A DNA stretch of 64,000 nt from an uncultured Phycisphaerales bacterium (lineage in GTDB: Bacteria > Planctomycetota > Phycisphaerae > Tepidisphaerales > Tepidisphaeraceae), in assembly GCA_963755915.1 (NCBI GenBank), contig CAVWLP010000003.1:896001-960000 (forward strand), written 5' to 3'. Below are positions 9,669 to 20,499 of this stretch, one piece after another. Position 1 is the first letter of the stretch; each line of letters starts with the position of its first letter. The position numbers were made by a program, and so were the translations under genes. Under the pieces are notes generated by a model that saw only the letters and a list, made by a program, of their open reading frames with translations, ran no database searches and had not been told where the DNA came from.

Positions 9669-11094
9669 ATGCCCTCGCCCGTGAACCCGGAAACGGAAGA
9701 ACTCTTCCAGCGCATCCGCGCTGAAGCTGGATCCGCGCACCTACGACCGCGCGCTCTCCTGCGTTCATTGCGGCTTGTGTCTCCCCGCTTGTCCGACCTA
9801 CTTGCAGACCGGCCACGAAGCGGAAGGCCCGCGCGGACGAATTCAACTGATGCGCGGACTTTCGGACGGAACCATCGAACCAACCCGAAAAGTGCGCGAG
9901 CATCTCGACTCCTGCCTCGGTTGCCGGGGTTGCGAAACAGCGTGCCCCAGCGGCGTCGTTTATCACGAATTGCTCGACGAGACCCGCCACCGGCTCAAGC
10001 AATACGACCGCGAAAAACCCCCGGGCTATGAATCGTATCGCGGCGTGTTGCGCTGGTTTGTGCGCAATGTGGTTACGCATCCGACGCGTCTGAAAGTTTC
10101 CGTCGCGCCGGTCCGCCTGCTGAAACGCACCGGAATGTACGGCGTGCTCGAGCGCCTGAAGGTCATGGAACTTCTCCCCGCCTCCCTGCGGAAAATGGAG
10201 CAGATGGTTCCGGACAAAGGGCCCATCTGGCCCCGGTCGCTGCCGCGATATACGGGCGCCAAGGGAATGGATGCCGTGCTGATGGCCCTGCAAAACACCG
10301 CCCTGCTCGGCAAGGCCGCCCGCTCCAACGACAATGGCCTGGCTCCGCGCAAAATCGTCGGCCTCTTCGCGGGGTGCGTCGGAAGCATTTTTTACGATCG
10401 CGTGAACCGCATGGCGATCGATCTCCTGGCCGCCTGTGGCGTGGACGTCTTCGCGCCGAAGAACCAGGGATGCTGCGGCGCGATCGACAAAAACGACGGT
10501 GAAATCGAATACTCCGCGCGCCGGGCAAAGAAGAACATCGACCTGTTCCTACCACGCGACGGATCGGCGGTCGATTTTATCGTTACCAACATTGGCGGCT
10601 GCGGAGCCGCACTGATGGAGTACGATCTGCTGCTGCGCGACGACTCGGAATATGCAGGGATGGTGCGCGAATTTCACCGGCGGTTCAGGGATATTTCGCA
10701 GATGCTGCTGGAGCTGCCGCTGCCGGAGATGAAATATCCGGTGAACCTGACGGCTGCGTATCATGACGCGTGTCATCTGACGCACGCCCAGCGGCTTCGG
10801 GAGCCACCGCGGGAATTGCTGGCGCGGATTCCGGGCTTGAAGCTGGTTCCGCTGCTGGAGGGGGATTTGTGCTGCGGAGCGGCGGGGACGTACAACCTCG
10901 AGCAGACGCAGATGGCCACCGAGCTTGCGGACCGGAAGATGGGGAACATTGTGGCGACCGGCGCGGAGGTTTTGATCTCGGGCAACGCCGGGTGCGCCTC
11001 GCACCTGGCGGCCCACGCGAAATCGCGCGGCGTGAACCTGCGGATCGTGCATCCGGTGGAGTTGATTCACCAGTCTGTCTTCGGCCGCGAGTGA
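9669..11094 (+). CDS. Fe-S oxidoreductase, glycolate oxidase iron-sulfur subunit GlcF-like (frameshift near 9700)
   Basis: CVHCGLCLPACP and CLGCRGCETACP 4Fe-4S motifs, two CCG domains (GCCGA, YHDACHL, LCCGAAGTYN). Confidence 0.88.
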
Positions 11095-11105
11095 CGTTCC
11101 TCGTC

Positions 11106-11203
11106 TTACCCCCGCCACCGGTAATCCGGCCTTCGGCTCTGAGGCTTCGTCGCGAGCTCAGCCGAGCGGCTCAGGCTCGAAGAGGGGAGGGCAGGGGAGG
11201 GGG
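11106..11203 (-). repeat. REP palindrome interrupted by a 54-bp hairpin insertion (11130-11183)
   Basis: Removing 11130-11183 leaves a near-exact reverse complement of the REP at 18484-18522. Confidence 0.7.
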
Positions 11204-11325
11204 TTTGCTCGGGGCAGCCGCGAACACCACCCGAGATCCGATTCGAAAAACATTTCATCCTTAAGCAGTTGTCTTAATGGAGTGCCCTCGCAACCGAGGC
11301 ACCTACACGGTAATACGTTTCACCG

Positions 11326-11739
11326 ATGGTGCACCTATCACAGAGCGCTGCGGAGACGGAAGCGATCGGCGCGGAGGTTGCCAAGACGCTTGTGGGCGGC
11401 GAATGCGTCGCCCTCGACGGGCCGCTGGGCGCAGGCAAAACCCAGTTCGTGCGCGGCCTGGCAACGGCCCTTGGTGCAAATCCCCGTGCGGTCAGCAGTC
11501 CGACGTTTGTGCTGCTGAACATCTATCGCGGCGGCTGGCTTACGGTTTTTCATCTCGATGCCTACCGGGTGACGGGGCCGGAAGATTTTGAAGGGATTGG
11601 ATTTGGCGAGCTGCTCGAACAAGGCGGGGTGGTTGTGGTGGAATGGGCCAGCCGGATTGCGGAAATTCTTCCGGCCAGGCGAATCAATATTGCGATCGAA
11701 GTGCTTGGGGAATCGGAGCGGCGAATTACGATTGGATAG
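11326..11739 (+). CDS. tsaE: tRNA threonylcarbamoyladenosine biosynthesis ATPase TsaE
   Basis: GPLGAGKT, VSSPTF, HLDAYR and VEWA motifs. Confidence 0.95.
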   Translation: MVHLSQSAAETEAIGAEVAKTLVGGECVALDGPLGAGKTQFVRGLATALGANPRAVSSPTFVLLNIYRGGWLTVFHLDAYRVTGPEDFEGIGFGELLEQGGVVVVEWASRIAEILPARRINIAIEVLGESERRITIG

Positions 11740-11774
11740 CCAGCGGTCAAGGGCCACTGCGAGGCAAAAATCCC

Positions 11775-12347
11775 ATGCTGAAAATGCTAAATCTGACCAA
11801 CCGCGACGAATGGCGCGACTGGCTCGCCGGTCATCACGCCTCCGAGACCGAAGTTTGGCTTATCTACTTTAAGAAACACACGGCCAAGCCTTCAATTCCC
11901 TACGATCATGCTGTGCAGGAGGCGCTATGCTTCGGCTGGATCGACAGCATCGTCAAGAAAATTGACGACCAACGGTACGCGCAGAAATTCACGCCCCGGC
12001 GCGACTGCACCAAATGGTCGCCGTCCAACATAAAAAGAATCCGTACGTTGATTCACGAAGGACGAATGACCAAAGCGGGGTTGGCAAAAATCGACGTCAG
12101 GCTCCTCGACGAACGGCCTGCGGCCCAGCAGGCGACAAAAAAGCGCGATCCAACCCTCCCTCGACTCCTGAGACAGGCTTTGATCGCAAACCCCAAGGCC
12201 TGGAAGTACTTTAATACCCTCGCGCCCTCTTATCGCAGCCTGTACGTTCGGTGGATAATGGCGGCAAAGAAAGCGGAAACGCGCGAACGCCGGTTGCAGG
12301 AAGCCGTCTCACTGTTGCAACAGAACAAAAAACTCGGGTTGAAATGA
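11775..12347 (+). CDS. YdeI/OmpD-associated family protein
   Basis: WRDWLAGHH, AVQEALCFGWIDS, FTPRR..KWS, AKKAETRERR. Confidence 0.9.
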   Translation: MLKMLNLTNRDEWRDWLAGHHASETEVWLIYFKKHTAKPSIPYDHAVQEALCFGWIDSIVKKIDDQRYAQKFTPRRDCTKWSPSNIKRIRTLIHEGRMTKAGLAKIDVRLLDERPAAQQATKKRDPTLPRLLRQALIANPKAWKYFNTLAPSYRSLYVRWIMAAKKAETRERRLQEAVSLLQQNKKLGLK

Positions 12348-12415
12348 GAGGCCGTTGAACTGCTGTTTCGTTACAGAAATGCAATTATGGCTCGATCGGC
12401 GTCCTGGCGCTTCAG

Positions 12416-12838
12416 CTATTTCCCGCCCGGCCCAGGAATCACACCCATCTGCCCCATCATGCCCAGGGTGTCCATGATGATTCGCGTTTCCTTGATCCGC
12501 TTGTCGACCAGCCGGTCGATGACGACACCCCAGACGGTCACCTGGCGGCCCGTCGCCGGGATCCCCAGAAACGGCCCGCTATGGGTGCCGGTCCACACAA
12601 AGCGGGACATCACGCGATCGCCCTCGGTTATCTGCTCTTCGATCTTCCAGTGCATGTCGGGGAATGCGGCTTTCATGCCGCGCAGGACATCCTGCAATCC
12701 CTTGAGACCCGGGCCCTGGCCGGGAAGCGGGACTTCTTCGACGACATCGTCCCAGAAAAACCGGCCGGTTTGGTCGATGTCGCCCTTGTTGAGGACCTGG
12801 TCTATGAATTGGCGAATGATGACGGCGTTGTCGGGCAT
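12416..12838 (-). CDS. SnoaL-like ester cyclase family protein
   Basis: AFPDMHWKIEEQITEGDRV, GTHSGPFLGIPATGRQV. Confidence 0.9.
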   Translation of the reverse strand: MPDNAVIIRQFIDQVLNKGDIDQTGRFFWDDVVEEVPLPGQGPGLKGLQDVLRGMKAAFPDMHWKIEEQITEGDRVMSRFVWTGTHSGPFLGIPATGRQVTVWGVVIDRLVDKRIKETRIIMDTLGMMGQMGVIPGPGGK

Positions 12839-12928
12839 TGCGGGCTCCAGGGGTTGGGGAAAGTGGCACCTTAGACGGGAAGGTTCGGTCGATCAACTTT
12901 TTCTTTGCGAGCTTCGCTTATGCGAATG

Positions 12929-13030
12929 GGGTTCCGCGGCGATGGCACATGGCTGCTCCGGTGACGTTAGGGGCGGCTTTGACGTGTTGGGCGGGAAAGC
13001 GCCGTGCAAGCACGGCGGCTACACGGGGGA
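12929..13030. repeat. Dispersed repeat, copy B
   Basis: Near-identical to 5012-5110, including the GCCGTGC-AA-GCACGGC hairpin and CTAC. Confidence 0.85.
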
Positions 13031-13092
13031 AAAGGGGAGATGCGATCGCCCTGCTTTTTCGCGATTGGACCCGATGCCCCAGGCACAAAACT

Positions 13093-14778
13093 TTACTTTG
13101 AATCCCCGCCGCGCATTTTGGCGAGGGCAGTTTGTTCGATCTGGCGGACGCGTTGCTTGGAGAGGCCGAGGCGTGAGCCGACTTGTTCGTAGGTGGCGGG
13201 AGCGGATTCGCTCAGGCCGTAATGGGCGGCAATGATGTCGCGTTCGCGGCGTTCGAGGCGGGACATGAGCTGGATGATTTCGTCGCGGGCGGTGAGATCG
13301 GCGAGCGTTCGTCCGGGAGCTCGCGGATCCGGTGACCGATTCGAGGGCGGCGTCGCTGTGGATCGCCTCGTGGCCGCTGCAATTGCATTTCGGGGACGCT
13401 GCGGGCGAAGCCTTTCATCAGGGCGAAGGTGGCATAGGTGCTGAAGCGGTTGCCCTTGTGGATGTCGAAGGAATCGACGGCGCGGATGAGGGTGAATTGC
13501 CGTCGCTGATCAGTTCCATGAGGGAGAGCCCTGGCCGCAAGTGCTTGCGGGCGACGCTGACGACGAGGCGGAGATTGGCGCGGACGATCTGGTTTTTCGA
13601 CCTCGGCGACGCATTCTCGGATTTCTTCGAGCCGCTTCACATCCGCCGCGCGGGCAAACTGGGGCTCGACTTTTCGGCGGGCAGAGACAAATTGCGAATT
13701 TGTGGAAATTCAGCTCGAGAAAGAGGGCCCGTTCGCGGCCGCGGGTCAGGAGCGGAGTGCGATAGAGATCCTGCAAATACGCTGGAAGATCGCGCGGGAT
13801 GCGCAGATTCCTCCGGCTTGCTCAGCGCCGGCAGTTCTTCCTGCAAGACGATCTCGCGAATCACCTGGGCGGCGTCGGTCTGGTGATAGAGGGGATCGTC
13901 GATGAATTTCTGTTTGCGGCGAAGCAGCGAAGCGAGGCGATGCTCGATGATGGCGCGATATACGCCGCGGGTGCAGCGGTTGGTCGCGAGCGGCAATCTC
14001 GCGGATGGATTCGCCGTCGCGATACATCGCGGCGATCTGGTCGCGCTGCTCATCGGATATCGGCGCAGCGGGATACCTGAAGATCCGCGACTGCGGATTG
14101 GCCTGGTCGTGATCGCGGATAATGTGGTTGATCGTCAGCGGCGAACGCTCGAGGCGGCGGCCGATGCGGCGGGAGATCTCCGCTCATGCAGCATTGGCAA
14201 TGCCCCGCCAAGCGGCGGGCGCGGCGGAAAATTTCGGCTTTTTCGGATTCATCGGCCTGCGAGAAGTTGGCGGCGCGGATGATCTGGTCGCGGTGAAGCG
14301 AGAGGAACTGCTCGACGGAGCCGAGCATGAAGCCGACGCGGCGCTTGCCGTCTTTGAAGATGAACCGGCGAGCGGAGAGGCCGCGGCGGCGCCAGCGCTG
14401 GATGGTTTTGCTGGTGACGTTGAAGCGCTGGGCGACGTCGTCGATGGTCATTACCGGCTGCGGCGAGTTCGCCTCGCGGAGGTTCAGGGTTTCGCTGACC
14501 TGTTCGATGAGTAGGCCGAGGTCGTGCTGGAGGGCGAGGCCGGTTAAGAGGGATTCGTCATTGGCCTTGGGGTGATAACCGGTGATGCGGAAGACGATGA
14601 AGCTGAAGGGATAGGCTTTGCCGGGGTCGAGCTCAAGAAGGAGTTTTTCGGCAGCGCTGAGCTGGGATGCTCGCGCCACGTGCGGCGTGAAATCGAGTTG
14701 CCGGCACAAATCTCCGATCTTATCGATGCGGAACTTCGGCACGACAACAATTATCCTTCCATCAAAGATATCGGTCAA
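13093..14778 (-). pseudogene. Large sigma-70 family RNA polymerase sigma factor with N-terminal HTH extension (multiple frameshifts; may be intact in vivo)
   Basis: Fragments encode VAQRFNVTSKTIQRWRR (HTH), [37 protein letters not shown] (region 2) and TYEQVGSRLGLSKQRVRQIEQTAL (region 4, stop at 13093). Confidence 0.8.
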
Positions 14779-14822
14779 GGGTAAACATATTCGAGAGACA
14801 AGCCGTTAAAAGAGCTTAGTTT

Positions 14823-15212
14823 GTGACAAAAGGGTACGATCATTGGCCGCATGGGGCGACGGACGCGGCTGGTTGGGATGCTGGCAATCGTGGTGGCGCT
14901 GGGGCTAGGGTCGGCGCGGTTCGGGTGGGATGGGGTTGGTGGGATAAAAGCCTCGGAGACGTCTGTTATGCGGCGGCGGTGTTTCTTTTGATCTCGCTGA
15001 TTGTGCCGAATATGCGGGCTGCCTTGGCGGCGGGATTGGCGATTGTGTTTTGCGTGGGAATCGAGTGTTTCAAGCTGACGGGGCTTCCGAGCCTATGGGA
15101 TAGAAACCCTCTGCTGCGGATAATGTTTGGGTCGACATTTTCGTGGGGGAATATCGTCTGTTATTGTGTGGGGGTTGGGGTGATGGTTGGAATTCGCGTG
15201 GGTTTTGACTAA
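14823..15212 (+). CDS. DUF2809-type small membrane protein (start uncertain)
   Basis: KSLGDVCYA, IECFKL, GSTFSWGNIVCYCVG hydrophobic pattern. Confidence 0.7.
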   Translation: MTKGYDHWPHGATDAAGWDAGNRGGAGARVGAVRVGWGWWDKSLGDVCYAAAVFLLISLIVPNMRAALAAGLAIVFCVGIECFKLTGLPSLWDRNPLLRIMFGSTFSWGNIVCYCVGVGVMVGIRVGFD

Positions 15213-15242
15213 ATCCGTTCGGCCGGGACAATTTGGGGTCCA

Positions 15243-16919
15243 TTGAAACCTGTCGAAAATGCGGTTCAGTTTGAACGGGCGCCAGTGGCGAGTACGGCCC
15301 CCTCCCTAGCCCTCCCCCGGAGTACCGGGGGCGGGGAAACAGGGACTGGCGAGCGGGTGCGTCAGTTTGTAAGTGCGAATCGAAAGTCTCTTCTGGTCTG
15401 CGTGGGGTTGCTAGCGATTCTGATGGGGTGGGTGATCGTCTTTCCGCAGACGGGGGATGGGGATGCGATCATGCATTTTTGAATGCGCGGGATGGGCTAT
15501 GGAAGCCGGCGCTGCTGCTGGGGTCGTGGGCGAGGGTGGGGGACAAGATTCCGCTGCTGATTCCGGCCCAGCTCGGCATCACCGCGGCGCGGTGGACGGC
15601 AGCGCTCATCTCAATCGTTTGCGCCTGGCAGACGATTCGGCTGGCGGAGGATTTGGAGATTCCTCATGCGCATCTGGCGGCGGTGTTTCTGATTTTTCAG
15701 CCCTACGTTTTCACGCTGGCGGCGGACACGATGACGGAAATTCCGCTGGCGCTGGGGATCGTGATCGCGATCCGGCTGTGGATGAAGGATCGGATCTGGG
15801 CGTCGTGTATGGTGATGGGATATTTGCCGACGGTTCGCCCGGAGGGATTTTTCTGTGCGCGCTGTGGGGGGCGATGGTGCTCTCCCGGCGGCGGCTGGGG
15901 CCGGCAATCGTGCTGGGATGGGGGACGATGGCCTGGTTTATCGCCTGCTGGATTTTCTGGGGGAATCCGGACTATTTTTTCCGCGAGGGGTGGTCGTGGC
16001 CGGCCGATTCGCTGCGGATTTATGGGCATGGGACGTTTTTTGCGTATGTGGATCGGTGGGGGCTTTATTGTGGGCCGGTGTTGCTGGGATTGTTTTTGGC
16101 GGGGGTCTACAGAAAATCGCTCCCCTTCGGGTCGCGGCTAAACGGGGTGATGTTGGTGGGGTTGGGGCTTTTGGTTGTGGAGTTGATCGCGCCGGGTCCG
16201 ATTCGCGAAAATATTTTGCCCTGGGTGGGGCTGGCGCTGGCGGCGGTGGTTGCGTGGGAAGTGCGCCGCTGGCGGTTTGCGGTGGGGGTTTGGGTTTTCC
16301 TGCTGATCTTTACGCTGCATAGCGTGCTTTGGTGGCGCGGGTGGTTTGCCTCGTGCGGGCTGATGCGGATTATGGCGTGCGTGGCGCCGATTACGGCCGT
16401 GGTTTGCCTTTATGGGTGGAATCTGGTTGGGCCGCGGATTGGCGCGTGGGGCCGGGGTTTGGTGCTGGGGGCAATTGTGCTGACGGCAATGGGGTATTAC
16501 GTCGTGGAGCCGCGGCATCAGCGGATTTTTCACTTCAGCGGACCTGCGACTTCGCGGCGCGGCACAATCTTCTGGCGTCGGCGCCGATGATTATTTTTGG
16601 GGATCCGATGGCACAGGCCGCGCTGCGGCTGCCGCCGAATCCGCCGAATATTCTGCGTAACGATTGCGACTGGTTCACCGAGTGCAATCATCTCCTGCAC
16701 GCGCCGCTGGGGTCGGCGGGGTTCTGGGATAACCAGCACGCGCAGGAGTGGTTTCGCGTATCGGTCGATGATTTGCCGGCGTTGGGGTATACGATTCTGT
16801 ATCGGACGGAGTCTCGCCCGCGGGTGGCGGTTGAATGGCTGGAGCCATTGAGCTTGCCGCGGGAGCAGGTTTATGTGGTCATTCGGAAGGATCGGGCGGG
16901 GAAATTGCCCGCAAACTAA
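15243..16919 (+). CDS. Polytopic membrane protein, possible GT-C fold glycosyltransferase (three frameshifts)
   Basis: Many TM segments across ORFs 15243-, 15428-, 15457- and 16329-. GDGDAIMH, DTMTE and VRPEG motifs. Confidence 0.55.
15298..15337 (+). repeat. REP-like palindrome inside the 5' end of the membrane protein ORF
   Basis: CCCCTCCCTAGCCCTCCCCCGGAGTACCGGGGGCGGGG, same family as 6382 and 18484. Confidence 0.8.
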
Positions 16920-18445
16920 TTCCTGGATGGCGATGGGACCCAGACCGTGATCTTCACCACCTCGTTGGTGTCCAACGTGCGGAGCTTGAGATCCGCGACG
17001 GATGGGGGCTTGCCGTCGGTGGAGATGACGCTTATGGCGTTGTCCTGGAAATTGTTTTTCCAGTCGTCGGAGAATTTGGACTTGGCGGAATCGGCGAGCT
17101 GTTTAGCCGAGGTTTCGCCGATGCCGACGAGTTCGTACCAGGTGTCGTTCACCCGTACCTGGGGTACGTCGGTGTCCCAACGGATTTCGGCGAACAGGCC
17201 GGTCTGATTGGGATCGGGAACGACCATGAGGGACCAACGATTTTTATTCGTCATTGGGACATTACTCAGGGTCACGAGCTTTTTGTCGGCGTCTAGGGTA
17301 CGGACCTGGAGATCGACAGTCGTGCCGAGCCCGTAGTTCATATTGCTCATGACTTCGACGAGGTCTTCGGCGAAATGTTTGCGCCATCCGTTGGGATCGT
17401 GCGACTGCTGAAAGTTAATGATGTGCGAGACGGGGACGCCTTGGATGGAAACGAGTTCGTACCAGGTGCCGCTGACTTCGGCTTCGGGAACGTCGCCGCG
17501 CCAGCGCAGGCTGGAATAGGGGGCGAGCTTGGGGATCTGGCTATCCGCGGCATAAGGAGACGGCGGTGGAAGCTGCGGAGGCGGCGGTGGCGGGGAATTG
17601 TCAGCGTCGGGCGAGGGAGCCGTCGCCGGAGATTGCGCGTTATCCGGTGATGTTTGACCACCGGCGAGCATCCACGTCGCGCCGCCGATGGTCGCGCCGG
17701 CAAGAACGATGGTGAAGGCGGAGATTCCGACGATTTTCAATTTCGTGGCGGTCATCATGGTCAAAGCTCCTTTCACAAGATGGATGCTTGGAGCGGCCAG
17801 GGCCGAGCCCTGCGGCGCCCCCGCGGCGACGGTGGCGGTGGAAAGCAATCCGCTGGGAGGTGCAAGCCTGACGAAAGCCGCCAGGCCGGCGGACAGCGTT
17901 GCCGCGGAAAGCGTCTGGCCGGATTTGGCGGCGAGGATGCGAAGTTTTTCAACCGCCCGCTCCACGCGCTTGCGGGCGGCGCCGGGGGTGGTCTGGATCT
18001 GGGCCGCCAGCTCTTCGATGGAGAGTTCGCGGTAATAGCGAAGCAGAATGATTTCGCGATCCGACTTTGAAAGCTCGTCGATCAGGCGGTCGAGGAGCGG
18101 GGCAAGCTCCTGCCACTCTTTTGGCTCCGGCGAATCGATGCTGGGCCGGATTTTGGCGGCTTCGGTTTCGCGGGCCCGCCGCCGCTGCTCGCCGCGGGCG
18201 GCGGTTTCGGTGACGTACCAGGCGGTTTTGTGAAGCCAGGCGATGAGCGACCCATCGCCCGCGAAATGCGGGGCCTTACTGTGCAGAAGAATGAAGACCG
18301 CCTGGGCGACGTCGTCGGCCTGGTGGGAATCGCGCAGCCGACGGCGGGCGAGGCCGTAAACCCAGCCTAAGTGGCGGCGCACCAGGTCGGTGAAGGCGGA
18401 GTCGGAGCCGTTGCGGTGCTGGTTGAGCAGCTCTACATCGGTCAT
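16916..18445 (-). CDS. ECF sigma factor with TM helix and C-terminal extracytoplasmic extension
   Basis: SAFTDLVRRH, ADDVAQAVF, WLHKTA, DREIILLRYY..AARKRVERAVEKLR, then a TM, a Pro-rich linker and a duplicated domain. Confidence 0.9.
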   Translation of the reverse strand: MTDVELLNQHRNGSDSAFTDLVRRHLGWVYGLARRRLRDSHQADDVAQAVFILLHSKAPHFAGDGSLIAWLHKTAWYVTETAARGEQRRRARETEAAKIRPSIDSPEPKEWQELAPLLDRLIDELSKSDREIILLRYYRELSIEELAAQIQTTPGAARKRVERAVEKLRILAAKSGQTLSAATLSAGLAAFVRLAPPSGLLSTATVAAGAPQGSALAAPSIHLVKGALTMMTATKLKIVGISAFTIVLAGATIGGATWMLAGGQTSPDNAQSPATAPSPDADNSPPPPPPQLPPPSPYAADSQIPKLAPYSSLRWRGDVPEAEVSGTWYELVSIQGVPVSHIINFQQSHDPNGWRKHFAEDLVEVMSNMNYGLGTTVDLQVRTLDADKKLVTLSNVPMTNKNRWSLMVVPDPNQTGLFAEIRWDTDVPQVRVNDTWYELVGIGETSAKQLADSAKSKFSDDWKNNFQDNAISVISTDGKPPSVADLKLRTLDTNEVVKITVWVPSPSRN

Positions 18446-18483
18446 TGCCTATATAATCGCCGCGAGGAGAAAAGGTGGACAGA

Positions 18484-18522
18484 CCCCCTCCCCTGCCCTC
18501 CCCCGGAGTACCGGGGGCGGGG
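18484..18522 (+). repeat. REP-like palindrome
   Basis: CCCCTCCCCTGCCCTCCCCCGGAGTACCGGGGGCGGGG. Confidence 0.85.
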
Positions 18523-18546
18523 TAATACGGGGGGAATTGAAGTCAT

Positions 18547-20420
18547 ATGAATCTCGAACTGCATCAGGCGATCGAAACCTATCGGGCGGGGCGGATTCAG
18601 GAGGCCGCGGCGCTATTCAATCACATTTTGCGCCGCGATCCCAACCAGGGGGATGCGCTTTTGCATATGGGGATGATCGCCTATCAGACCGGCCGGGCGG
18701 ATGTTGCGGTGGATCTGATCCGGCGGGCGATGAAAACCAAGGGCGGCGATCCGATGGTTCACCATAACCTCGGCTGCGCGCTCTGGCGCTGGGACGGCTC
18801 GACGAGGCGGCGGCGGCACTTCGGCAGGCGATTGCCATCAAGCCGGACTACTTTAACGCGTATAATGCACTGGGGGCGATTCTGGCGGATCAGAATAAGT
18901 TCGACGAAGCGGCGCAGGCTTTTTCGAAGGCGATCGAGCTTGAGCCCAACTCGGCCGAGGCGCACAGCAACCTTGGCGTTTTGCTTCGCAGCCATGGGAA
19001 GGTGAACGAGGCGATCCGGGAATTCAGCCGGGCCATCGAGCTGGCGCCGACCATGGGGGATTATCACACCAATCTTGCGACGGCGTTTAGCGATCAAGGC
19101 GAACTGGACGCGGCGCTGAAATCATTCGCCCGGGCCGTGGAGCTGAAGCCCAATGATGCGGCGATCATGAGCAATTATCTCTATTCGCTCCACTTTCATC
19201 CCGGGTTCGACTCGGCCACGATTCTGACGGAGCATAAAAAATGGGACGATCGGTTCGACAAACCGGCGCGGGCGAAGATCGCGCCGCATGAGAACGATCG
19301 TTCGCCGGGGCGCCGGCTGCGGGTGGGATATGTTTCGCCGGATTTTCGGAATCATCCGGTGGGGCGCTTTTTGCTGCCGGTGCTTCAGAATCACGATCAC
19401 GGCCAGTTCGAGATTTTCTGCTATTCGGATGTGGTATTCCCGGATGAATTCACGCAGAAGATTGCCGCTTGCGCGGATGCGAACCGGAGCCTGCGGGGGC
19501 TTGCCCACGGACCGGCGGCGGAGGCGATTCGGCGCGATCGGATCGATATTCTCGTCGATCTCACGCTGCACATGGGGAACAACCGGCTGCCGGCGTTTGC
19601 GATGAAGCCGGCGCCGATCCAGGTGACGTATCTGGGGTATTGCTCAACGACGGGGCTGGCGGCAATGGATTATCGGTTGACCGATCCGTGGCTCGACCCC
19701 CAGGGAGAAGGTGACGCGAATTACTGTGAGCGCTCGGTGCGGTTGCCGCGGACCTATTGGTGTTACGCGCCGGGGATCGAGACGCTGAGTGTGAGCGACG
19801 CGCCGGTGCTGAGGTACGGGAATGTGACGTTTGGGTGTTTGAATAATTTTGCAAAATCGACGCCGGCCGCGCTGGAGACGTGGGCGAAGATTCTTCTGGA
19901 ATTGCCGGATTCGCGATTGCTCGTCCATGCCAAAGTGGGGGATCATCGCCAGCGGGTGCTCCAGTTTATGGGGGAGAGGGGGATCGATCGGCAGCGGATC
20001 GGCTTCGCGGATTTTTTGCCGCTGCGGAGTTATTTTGCGCTCTACGGCGAGATTGATATTACGCTCGATCCGTTTCCCTATTGCGGAGGGACAACGACCT
20101 GCGACAGTTTGTGGATGGGGGTGCCGGTGGTGACCCTGCGCGGGCGGACGGCCGTGGGGCGAGGTGGGGTCTCGATATTGAGCAATCTGGGGATGGGGGA
20201 ATTTATTGCAGAGACGCCGGAGGATTATGTGCAGATCGCGGTGGGGTTGGGGAAGGATCGGGATCGGCTGGTTGAATGGCGAAGGGGGCTGAGGGGGCGG
20301 ATGCTCTCTTCGCCGCTGATGGATGCACCAGGGTTTGCGCGGGATGTGGAGAGGATTTACCGGGAAATTTGGCAGACGTGGTGCGGCGCTGCGCGAGCGA
20401 GTAGAGCAGTAGAAAGTTGA
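18547..20420 (+). CDS. TPR-repeat O-GlcNAc transferase-like (SPINDLY/GT41) protein (frameshift near 18790)
   Basis: TPRs followed by LRVGYVSPDFRNHPV, DILVDL, PAPIQVTYLGY, FGCLNNFAK and LDPFPYCGGTTTCDSLWMGVPV. Confidence 0.92.
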
Positions 20421-20479
20421 GCAGTAGAGAGACGCGGCCCCCACCCTAACCCTCCCCCGGAGTACCAGGGGAGGGGTAA
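20386..20479 (+). repeat. Composite repeat (GAGCAGTAGA-type units + REP palindrome)
   Basis: A reverse-complement near copy occurs at ~62008-62100. Confidence 0.75.
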
Positions 20480-20499
20480 AGCGCGTACAATTTCGGCCG

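Noticed and set aside
9272-9883. ORFs in the 9.2-9.65 kb intergenic region
   Set aside because: No recognisable motifs, atypical composition; more likely promoter or intergenic DNA
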